64,000 nucleotides of DNA from Podarcis muralis (Eukaryota). Numbering within the stretch: position 1 is the stretch's first letter; each line of letters begins with the position of its first letter. The notes under the pieces were generated by a model. That model was not told the origin of the DNA, did no database searches, and was given only the letters and a program-made list of their open reading frames with translations. Below, in pieces: positions 24,399 to 36,300 of this stretch. The DNA lies in assembly GCF_964188315.1 (NCBI RefSeq), contig NC_135665.1, positions 38,750,001 through 38,814,000 of the forward strand, given 5' to 3'. Position numbers and translations under genes: made by a program.

Positions 24399-27300
24399 CG
24401 CGCGAGCTGGCTGGCTTGGGTGGGTAGGTGAGGGAAAACTTTTGCCTTCCTTTCCTCCCTCCCGTTATACCCCTCTCCTGCATTCTTAGCCAGCTGCTTC
24501 TCTGCACACCCCTCTCCTGCTCCTTGTCCATTCTGTGTTTTTCCTTCCCTCCCCACTTAAAATGTGGTTAAAAACCATGGATCCTCAGGATCTTTGCATT
24601 GGGTCACCCCAAATTCACCATCAGATCACATAGCATGTCCATGGCTACAGCCTGCCCCCCAAAAATCACACACCCACATACCCAGTCCCCCCCCAGCCGC
24701 TTCCTTGGTCCCACAGGAAAGCCAGGCAGGGGCTGCACATCCTGCCCTCCGCCTCTTCCTGCTGCCCCCAACAGACAACCAGGCCTGCAAGCTTCCTCTT
24801 CTGACATCGCCCAGGCCCCCACGCAGCCCCCCACCAGCAAAACGCCCAGGAGTTTGAAGGGACCCGAGGGCCACGCAGCCAAGGGGTCTAACTCTGCAGG
24901 GAAAAGCTTCCTGTCTTTCCTCTGCCCCCTCCCCACCGGAAAGGGATGGTGGCTGCAGGCTCTGCCCCCCCCTTAACATCTGCAAAATGATTAAGGCTGA
25001 TACATTGTGTTACAGGATTTTATCTAGGTAACTTCCCTGAGCTGTCAAGTTGAAAGGGTACATTCAGGCATAATATTTCAACATTTAACAACTTTAAAGA
25101 TGTGCCCCCCCCCTGTAATTTCCATAACAGTTGGAAGGACAAAAATATAACCTCCTATGACAACTCCTGCAACCCATGAGCTTTCAGACAAAGATCATGC
25201 ATGGACAAATGTAAAGATCTTTGGAAAGTATTGATCGAAACCACAGTAACAAACGAATCAATGTATCTTCAAGGGAAAGAATAAGTAGATCCATTTGCAT
25301 ATATAGCTCTGTAGGCTTAATGAGATTCCCACAAAACATTAGGAAGGCCTTTCTGGTGGTGAGAGCAGTCAGACAGGGGAAGGGGCTTTTAGGGAGAGGT
25401 CGGGGGGGAGGGCATCTGCCAGGGATGCTTTAGCTGTGAGTCCTGAATTGCTGGGGGTTGGACTGGATGACCTTTGGGTCCCTTCCACCTCTATGATTCC
25501 ATGACCTTTAAGGGAAGTCACCTCCATCTTCCTCTCAGAGCAGATGCCCACAAGCCCTGGGCGGGAAGAGCCCGAGAGAGAGAGAGCCCGAGAGAGAGAG
25601 AGAGAGAGAGAGAGAGCCCGAGAGAGCGAGAGAGAGAGAGCCCGAGAGAGAGAGAGCGAGAGAGAGAGAGCGCAGCCAAGCCCCCTTCACCGCCAGCCCC
25701 CTCTCCCCTCCTCCCTAGGCGGCAGCTCCGCCATGACCACAAACGGCGGCGGCGGCAGCAGCAGCCGCGCGCGGCCCGGGCTCCCCTCGCCGGCCGCGAT
25801 AATTTTCTTAAATTATGTCAGCGGCGCCCGGCAGAGCAGCCCTCTCGGCCACGGCAGCCCAGCTCTCCCAGCCCCCGGGGGCCGCCCTCCTCCCTCGCGC
25901 ACCCGCAGCGTTCCCGCCGGGGAGGCGGCGCCCCCAGGAGAGGCGGCAGCGGCAGCAGCAGCCGCGCGCGGCCCGGGCTCCCCTCGCCGGCCGCGGGAGC
26001 CAAGGCGAGGGAGCCAAGGCGCGCGGACATTTTTTTAATTATTGGCGGAGCCCCCCCATGGAGTTGGCGCCTATGCAGTCCAATGATATACATGTCTACT
26101 TCAGAAGTCTCTTTGTGCTTAATGGGGCTTTCTGCCAGGTAAATGGGTACAGGACAGCAACCTCAGAGTTTAGGACTGTTATGAGGGAAAACAGGGCACT
26201 TGTGATTTTAACAGCTGTATCTTCACTCGGGAGATACTCAGCAGTGGGCCAGAGGTCTGTATAATCACTGCAATGACTGAATTCATGAGTAAAATTTAAC
26301 GCACAGTGCTAGATGTAGTTAGTTTATCACCTTTTTTGTTACCCACTGAAGGCAAAGTTGCCAGGCAAGATCTGAATTCTTATCCCAACAATTATACCAA
26401 CCGCTAATGATTCTGTGTAATTAAGCTTGGAACGCACATTTTAAAATCAACAGCTAATGAATTGGTGAACTTAAAAGACATGCTTTCAAGATACTCATTT
26501 ATATGAAATAATAGCTAGAGTGTTTACACACTAAATATTTTAAGTCTTATATCAGTATGACTAGCACTACTGTACTATCACAAAATCCTAATAGGGATAT
26601 GAATCTTTATTCTTTTGTAAGAATGAAGATAATAGGGCTTGTACCAAAATTAATACACCGTAAACTATTATCTTCCTCTATGTTTATTGGTGGGTCCCTT
26701 TACCTGTTGAGGCACACAAAATAATTCAAAATTACTAATCCTGCAAGAGCAGAACATTTAACTTGGGGAGGAGGAAATATACTGCTCTGAAAAAGAAGGT
26801 AAATTCATAAAATAAAAATGCAAATATGCATTTTAACATTCTTGAANNNNNNNNNNNNNNNNNNNNNNNNNNNNNNNNNNNNNNNNNNNNNNNNNNNNNN
26901 NNNNNNNNNNNNNNNNNNNNNNNNNNNNNNNNNNNNNNNNNNNNNNNNNNNNNNNNNNNNNNNNNNNNNNNNNNNNNNNNNNNNNNNNNNNNNNNNNNNN
27001 NNNNNNNNNNNNNNNNNNNNNNNNNNNNNNNNNNNNNNNNNNNNNNNNNNGNNNNNNNNNNNNNNNNNNNNNNNNNNNNNNNNNNNNNNNNNNNNNNNNN
27101 NNNNNNNNNNNNNNNNNNNNNNNNNNNNNNNNNNNNNNNNNNNNNNNNNNNNNNNNNNNNNNNNNNNNNNNNNNNNNNNNNNNNNNNNNNNNNNNNNNNN
27201 NNNNNNNNNNNNNNNNNNNNNNNNNNNNNNNCACAAGAAACCTTGTTATGTGTTTATTTAAGAACCTATTGAAAAAAGCATGGAGACCTGCTGATTTCAA

Positions 27301-30300
27301 AGAGGTTCTCCTTCTATTTTAGCAATTAAATTAGCAAGAAACCAATCTGGTTTCTGAACTTTCTTGCCCTGTGCAGACATAATACTGCCAATCTCTTAAT
27401 CATGGTTAAGAGACAGAGTGGCTCCCAGGTTTACAAACACAATCCTCTTTCTTTGTCAATTTTAAATGTGCTGTAGTATTACATATGGACTGGTACTAAT
27501 CTGGGCTACCACCAGTGCAGTGGTAATGAATACAACACTAAAGGAGAAGCAGCATGTAAACCACTTGCAGTTTCTTAACAACATTTATGAGTTTGGACAC
27601 ACTGCAGTTGTGCTGGGCCTCTATCAGGCAGCATTTATGAGTGAGCAGCTAGTGATATTGCCTGTTCTTAAAGACTGCAATACCTTGTCATCCTTGTGGC
27701 AGCAAAAGCTAAAAATGTGCCCATGCTCACAAGAATGGTACAGAAAGAAACAAGGATTTGAATGAAAAGCGAGATAACTACAATAAATTTTCCAATAACA
27801 ACAAAAATACAACTTCATTTGTTGCAACTATTATGAAGGTTTGGGGTAAGATATGAAATGCTGTTGTGGCAATTCTTCTAAAACTCCTTCACAACAGAAA
27901 GGAGTTCATGAAACAACAAACATAAATTATTTTCTTTCACTGCAAGTCCTATCGAATCCAAGAGATGGAATCCTCTTATCAGTAACCAGTGATGGGCAAT
28001 GCTGATGGCAGCAACAAACGTTATGAAAATCTAATCTACTGAATTATTTGCTTCGAAGTTATCAAATAAAAACAGATAACAAAATTCCAGAATGCAGCAA
28101 GGTGACTGAATCATTGAATGAATGCTATTCATCTCCCTCAAGCACAATAATATTCCTTTACAGAGTATGTTAATAGAAGTACACTAAAGAAGAAAAGAAA
28201 AAGACATCTGGATATGAACAGGAATGTTAGTGTGCAGGTTAAACAGCAAAAAGATCTTGTTTCACATGTAACTGGAAGCAGCATTGTCTTTTCTGTTCTG
28301 ACTAGACTGACTTTGATCAATCCAGGTCATGAAGCTATTTGCACTACATATCATAATTTTGTGGAAAAAAATACTATGTACATAGGAACGGGAATGACAA
28401 ATGGGAAGAAAGACTTCAGGATTGCACCAATCTCATCGCTGCTGAACCTGTTTATCATGAATACAGCCACACACAGCCTTCGAGTCAGCAAAGGAAGCTA
28501 CAACTTCCATAACTGGATAACCCATTCTTCAAGGACATCCCCAAAATGAAGATGGGTGTATAGCATTAATTGATCCCACTGAGACGCTGATATAGTCTCC
28601 AGAAAATGGCTTGTATATGCTGGCTGAAACTTATATACAGTGGTACCTCGGGTTACATACGCTTTGGGTTACAGACTCCGCTAACCTAGAAATAGTACCT
28701 CGGGTTAAGAACTTTGCTTTAGGATGAGAACAGAAATCAGGTGGCGGCAGCAGCGGGAGGCCCCATTAGCTAAAGTGGTGCTTCAGGTTAAGAACAGTTT
28801 CAGGTTAAGAACGGACTTCCGGAACGAATTAAGTAAGTAACCAGAGGTACCACTGTACTCTAATGGGCTCTAAACTGGCAATGAGTGACCAGAAAAGATA
28901 TTTGTGGTAAATATCGCAATAAAAATGTCAACAGATGTAAAGTATGCAACAGCTGTGAAAAATTTTTATTTTAGGACTCATCAGAAAAGGGATTGAAAAT
29001 AAAACTGTCAATAGCATAACATTATACTAATCTATGGAAATCTTTTAATAGTATGTGCAGTTCTGCTGCGGCACCTAAAAAAGAATATTGTAGAACTAGA
29101 AAAGGTTCAGAAAAGAGTACCCAGAATGATCGAGGGAAATTATGAGGAAATATTACAGTATGAATGAACAAACTGAATCTGATAAAAGTGTCCTTTATTC
29201 TTGCCTATATGAAACAAGTCAAAAAGCTAAGCATTAATCCATCATCCATTGAATCATATACACACTAGGGGCTGCCACCACTGCTTGCTCCACCCACCAA
29301 CCCCACCTACCTCCTTGCCAACAGCCCTTTCCCCCCACATGGCCAAACACACTCCCTTTATGCCTCCCCCATGCTCACCAACTCTCCTTTTAAAAATTTG
29401 AGGGAGGTGCTTCACAGAGTGGCTTGCTAAACTGCTGTGTGAAGAGCCTCCCCTGCTCCATTATGCCTTGCTCCAGATGTGTTTAACAGAGGGGACAGCA
29501 GTGCACATTGCCTCCCCTCTCCCTGGGCCTGCCTACTGGTGTGGCCACCAATATGGCAGATGATTACTACACCTTACATTGTGTGCGCGCGCGTGCATGC
29601 GCAAAAGTTCTATTCTGCCAACGTTAAGGGAAAAAATATCATGGTGTTGCACAGCATACAATTACATTCCTAAAACACTGTATAACCTCCTGTCAACCTT
29701 GGGGATAAAGCAATGGAAAAACCCAATCCAAGTGTCTGCACACAACATGTAGGCTAGGACATGTGATGCTTAGAAGAAGCCTTTCAAACAATATATGCAG
29801 AAGATAAAATACTACACATGCCAACACAAAAAACAGTAACACACATAACATTATCTTGTAGTACTACAAGTATTACTAGAGGATGGAATTTAACATACAG
29901 TGGTACCTCGGGTTAAGTACTTAATTCATTCTGTAGGTCCGTTCTTAACCTGAAGCACTACTTTACCTAATGGGGCCTCCCGCTGCTGCCACGCCACCAC
30001 CGCACGATTTCTGTTCTCATCCTGAAGCAAAGTTCTTAACCTGAGGTACTATTTCTGGGTTAGTGGAGTCTGTAACCTGAAGCATATGTAACCCGAGGTA
30101 CCACTGTATAAGTGTAGGAAATACAAGTTTACGACGGGATGAGAGCAGTAATAGAATGATGGTAAATCATTTCATATCTGAAAATGCTCTCACCAGTTTT
30201 AAAATGCAGGAAGCCAGTACAACTCAATCTGACAAACAATCCAATATGATCAATAATCCATTAAGTAAGCCTTGTATTTAACAAGTTGCCTGGTAGCAAT

Positions 30301-33300
30301 AGGTGACCAAGAATTCCATGCAGATGAGTGGGCTGGCAGAAAAGGAGAAGATCATTTCATTCCTTCTCTACCAACCCACTTTGTTACTGTGCTAAGCATG
30401 AGGAAAGAAGGATCTGTTTGTCCACAACTAGTACAAAACAGAGATAGATCTGTCCTTCTCCACCAAACCTGCTTGATATAATGGGTTTTTTTCTACTTTT
30501 TTTCTGCAAGGTAGTAACTTTTGTGAGCCAAGTTACAAGACTGCACTAATCTTCAAGATCAATCTATCTGCCTGACTGTAAAGTGTCAGAAAGTGTGGTA
30601 TTGCAAGTGTATTTCCAGAAATACAATGACTAAGACTTCATTTAGAAGATCCAATCAAGCCCATACTAGCTGATGTGGAGAGGAGTTGACTGCTCATTCC
30701 CCACAAAAATGCTTTCTTTCAGAAATCTACAAAATAATGATGTTTATTCATTTTGATACTCATGGTCTGATGGTCTTGATGCATGACAAATCATTAACAA
30801 TGCTAATAAGCAAACTGTTGGATCAGTTGTACTGGCCATCTGAGAGCTATTGATGTACATTCCTGAAAGTGTTTGTTACTAAGCCTGCTCCGAACAAGCT
30901 AGAAGTATTCAAAGTAACTTTTTAAAAGTTACTTACCTCTTTCCAAGGGCTGACAAACTGCATGCGTGCATATCGAGTCAGCATGTGGATGATGACAACT
31001 TGTCCCCATTCCTCCACATCCACCAACAGATTACAGAGTTTTCTGTAGTTCTTGTGAATCAGATCTATCCTGTCTGGACAGACTTCTTCAAATGCCATCA
31101 CAACACTTCCTGCTACAAGCTAGAGAACAAGAATCAAGCATATAAGAATCAGTAACTCCAATGGACTTACAATAAGTTTGAACAAGCTGTAGGAAAGGGC
31201 ATGTAGGTTAAGACTACTTAGCAAGTTTGTGAGAAATGCAGCTGCTATGTGGCCTTTATTTCATTTCCTATATTGTGGAAATGCTCTCCAGACAGTGGAT
31301 GTGCCACTTTATCTAATTGGCTACATCTGCTTTCTTAATTGTCCATCATTGATATGACTTTATTCATTGGCAAAAAGCACTTAAAGGTGGGAAGAGCACT
31401 TATCAATCCAGAAGAACTCAGCCATAGAGGACCACTCTTCAGGCAGATGTGTGATTTATTCATTTAAGATTATATACATATAACTGGGTCTATGCCCCTG
31501 CTCGCTCTGCTCACCAACCCCGCTGCCATTCCTCCCATATTAACCCCCTCGAGCTTCTCCTTCCCACCTCATGTAACTACTAAGTTTGCTTTTAAGATTC
31601 TGAACCCTATTTCTGAAGCTACTTCTCTCTTCTATTCTGCAGTCCTGCTTTGCACCTCTTTTCACCTTCATCCCCATTTCCATATCTCCTCCTTCTTTCT
31701 TTTGTGCAACCCCATTACATGCAAACCAACCCCATGGTAACCCCTTGCATCTTCCTCCTCCCAATTATGGAGCAGTCTCCCCCTCCTTTTCTTCAGACCC
31801 GTTCATGCCCCTGCTTTCATCTTTAACCCCATTCCCTCCTTTTTTGGAACTCCCTTTGCACCCCCCATTTTCACTTTCACCTCCTTTTCCTCTCCAACCT
31901 TCTCCTTACTTCTTCAACTCTCCCTTGCACACAGATCACTCCCATTTCCATGCCTTATTCACTCTCTCATTGTACAGCCCCCTTGGCACACACAGCTCAT
32001 GATGATATATGTTACTGTAGCTTTAATATGAATATGAGCTTAAGAGCAAGCCCATCAGCTATCTTGTTCAGTTAGATAAGGTGTAGTTCAGTTGATGGAT
32101 GTAGTAGGTATAGGGGCGTCCACTTGTTAATATCGCTTCTAAATAACAGCACTGAATATGAAACTTGAAGACAACACATAGTACCAGGAGTAAAATACAT
32201 TGTAGGAAGGTACTATGGAATATTTGAGGGCTCTTCATTCTTCAATTCTTTCACACAGTGTTTGAAACTCCCATTGCTCTAGGAGCATTTTGCGACAGGG
32301 AATTTCACAAATGCAAGCAGTTTTTGAGCTCTGGGCACTGTACTATGCCTAAGATTTCAGATTAAAATCGCCACTGTTACTCAGAGGTAAATCCCAACCA
32401 AGTTCAATGGGGCTTCCTCCCAAGTAAAACGTGCATGGATTGGGTACCTGAAAACTTTCTTTTCTTTTCCTTTAAACCCAACATGTTTTGTTTAGGTTTT
32501 AGTTGCCTTGTTTAATGTACTTTTAATGAATGATGTGCTTTTAAATTTGAAATATACTAGCCAGTTAGTTATGATGGTTTGAGTAGTGCATGTTAAAAGT
32601 GTTATCTACCTCAGACTCTCACAGTGATGCTTAAAATCAAAACAAATTTTAGAGTGGGATCACTGAAGGACCCATAAGTCTTTGTCAATATAAAAAAACT
32701 GTTAAATGTACAGCCATAAATGAGTGCTTATATCCACACTAGTGTTTGCAGACTACAGTATTGTCCATATATACCAGAGAAAGCAAGAGATCATATGCCA
32801 CGGATGGCAAAAAATGAATATTTACTGTGCCAACCTCTTAAAACATACATAACAAATTCAAACTTTATCTGTCCCCTGTAATAATATGTAGTACAAAAGG
32901 TACATATTAGCCACATACACTCTCACGTTCCTCTGTCACAAAATTATATTACATCCTAAGATTGTTCAAAGATTAATGAGATTACCTTCCTGAATGATAA
33001 GCAGTGTGCCACTTTATTTCAGACAGCCTTAAAAAACCATTTTGAACCTTTTGATTTTTTTATCTACCAATTGTTGCTTGTACAAGAGTTAGCAAAAATA
33101 CTAGTAGTACTGAAAATAATGCATCTCATTGCCCTGTCAGCTATCAGTTGCAAATATGACATAACCACTTGTCACTGTGTATTGCCTATTATCTCTTCCC
33201 ACCCCTCCAGCAACTGCTTTAATAAATTTTGGTTTTGTTTCCACCACATGCTATGCAAAATAGCTCCTATGATCAGGCTTCTGTATGAAGCAACTGATAT

Positions 33301-36300
33301 GTATGCAGTTAAGCATGCATGTGAAGCCGCTTTCTGTAAGAAAATTAATGTCACCTTCTAGCAGAGCACTGGGGATCTGCATTTCAACCTCTAAAATTTC
33401 CCCAATGATTTAAAGTAAGCAATTAAATAGAAGTACAATTTACTGAAATGGCACTTTTGGAAAAATATTAAATACAACGATATTCACTTGTTAGAGTTTT
33501 CCCCTATTTTTTGGTTGACATTTGGTTTATTAGTATGCACCTACGATTACAACTGAAAGAAAACAGCTCAGAATATAGTCTTGCTATTATGCTAAACAAG
33601 TTCCAAGTCCTGTGGGGATTTCACAAATTACCAATAACTATAAACGTGACGTTGCATTTATTGTCTCCAGCCCTGCAATGTACTGGTACCTGCTGGTCCC
33701 AGCATGTATACAACTCATTCCATAAAGAAGGGAATTGATTATTTGTAAAGGACTAAAGAAAATGCATTATACTTACATTTATTTTCTATATCACATCACT
33801 TGTAGGAGGAAAATGTCTCATTGTTGACGTTTACAATCTTTTTCTTTCTACAGTTTTTACAACTATTTGCATTAGTTAACACTGCCATTAATTAATATTA
33901 TCAAGATTACCTGACTACATATGAAAGCATGCAAGCTTTCATATAAAATAAAAATATTGCACTTAACAAACCTTAAATGTTGCATATATAAAAAAGAATT
34001 CTTTCTGTCCATTCCCCCTATTTACATTATCTAAACACATACATACACCAAGATCCCACAAACAACCTATAAACCTGCATTTAGCTAAACATAAAAATTC
34101 GTAATCATTGTAGCTACAGGTGCTACTTCTCCACAAGAGTTTTAAGGGGAGCAAAATGAAGAATAGGTACTCCACAATTGCCAATATTCAATTTAAATTT
34201 CATATTACCCTAAAATTAAGGCTACACACAGAAAGCTCAGAATGTTGCCTTTTGGCTAGCTAATTACCAGTTAGGCAGAAACTGACAGTTCCAAGACTAC
34301 TAATAGTAAACTAAGGCACTGTTCTTTCTACACCTTGAAAGAGGGTGTGCAAATTCAGTAAACACAGAGGTGGGGCAAAATCAATTTGTGTATTTAGAAT
34401 GACAGGTCTTTCACAAGGAGTAAGAATCTTCAGCATCCACTTTTAAAAGTTCATTGTATTTATGAAAAGATAGATATGAATATTAACTTATTTGTAAAAA
34501 CTCCATCATATAACACTCCACTCCACCCTCCACGCCAGAATTTACAAACATGTTCTGCGCTAAACATAAATGATTAACAGTAAGTTCTTTCCAATTCAAG
34601 CTATAATTTGAATTGATCTTGATTCTACATGTTTTTAGACAACAGCACACCTCAAAGCAAATTTCCACTATGCTGGGACCTATCTAAATATTTGGGAAAC
34701 AGCTGATGATCTTAGTTTATTAAATGTTCAATATCCCATAAAACATTGAATTAAAACAAAATGATTCAATCAAAACATAAAAAAACAAAACAAAAAACAG
34801 TTTACAGTGACACTGACATACTGAGATGAAAATTAAATAGTTTTTTTGTGCAAGAAAAAATAAATCATACCTACAAAACTACCAATGAGCTCAACAAATT
34901 CNNNNNNNNNNNNNNNNNNNNNNNNNNNNNNNNNNNNNNNNNNNNNNNNNNNNNNNNNNNNNNNNNNNNNNNNNNNNNNNNNNNNNNNNNNNNNNNNNNN
35001 NNNNNNNNNNNNNNNNNNNNNNNNNNNNNNNNNNNNNNNNNNNNNNNNNNNNNNNNNNNNNNNNNNNNNNNNNTCATNNNNNNNNNNNNNNNNNNNNNNN
35101 NNNNNNNNNNNNNNNNNNNNNNNNNNNNNNNNNNNNNNNNNNNNNNNNNNNNNNNNNNNNNNNNNNNNNNNNNNNNNNNNNNNNNNNNNNNNNNNNNNNN
35201 NNNNNNNNNNNNNNNNNNNNNNNNNNNNNNNNNNNNNNNNNNNNNNNNNNNNNNNNNNNNNNNNNNNNNNNNNNNNNNNNNGATTGATAATATGGTGCAA
35301 GTTGGCCTATGCTGCCAACATTTCCTTCTCTTAAATTAATGGCCATCCCACCTGCCCTAATCATACAGCCCAAATGATATTCCCCTTCTTATTTCAATTT
35401 TCTGGAAGCATGGAAGCTGGTAAAGATCAGTCATTTATCTTCTAATAGCTGGATAATAGATCTATCACAATACAGCATCTGCACAAACTCAAGTTATTTT
35501 CCCACCACAGCAGTAAAGCTTTTTATCAACATTGAATCAATAACTTTGGAAAATCCTAGGTTACCCTTACATCTGTAATCTGAACGCCAGACATTACTTC
35601 TAGCATATATCTGTTAAATATGTTAAAAGAATGCACCTTACTTTGTTCCATTTTCCCAAAGGTAATATTCTAGTTTAGAACACATCAGTAATCTCATCAC
35701 AAAGCCATCACCAATTCTTCAGCTCATTTTTAACAAGCAAATTATTTGACCTCCCAAGAGTCAGCTGCTACAGATAATCCTATCTAGCCTTCACAGGGCA
35801 CATGGGCACTCAATTTGCTTCAAAAGAAAGCTGTATTTACACCCACAGCTGGAGACCTTAAAAGCCCTTTGAACATCAGTGAACTAAGAATCTGCTATAA
35901 AATAGCGGTGAGATTGTCATCCTTACTCCACAACTTTAACATTTTGTGTCTAAGGATGAAAGAAAACCATTTTGTTTCTATTCAAGATTCCAGGGAGCCA
36001 AAATATAACAAAGTCCATAGAATGGCAACTTGTTACTTTCCCAACATTCAACCTTGGATCATCCTAGGGACTCATATGACAATTTGGATCACAGTGAAAC
36101 AGTGGCCAGAGTGTTTTCCTTAAAACTGTAAGAGGATGACATTTTTCTTCTGATTCACACATGTCTGTAATCATGGCACGGATTAACAATGAAGATGCTC
36201 TCCATACCAGACTGCATACCATGGTGTTATGTGCGGTCTATAAAGGCCAAATCTGCTAAGGAACTAATCTGAATACAGTAGCCTTCTCAGTAGCTACCTG

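Noticed and set aside
24071-24985. Cluster of 80-125 aa ORFs
   Set aside because: Low-complexity repeat and GC-rich sequence; no homology recognised.
25474-26142. 222-aa and 164-aa ORFs with RE/ER repeats
   Set aside because: Translations of the GA microsatellite and GC-rich DNA; no recognisable domain. Only the short ATG-to-donor segment is kept as a lead.
26805-27300. ORFs of about 150 aa made of X
   Set aside because: Artefacts of the N gap.
34833-35373. ORFs of about 150 aa made of X
   Set aside because: Artefacts of the N gap.
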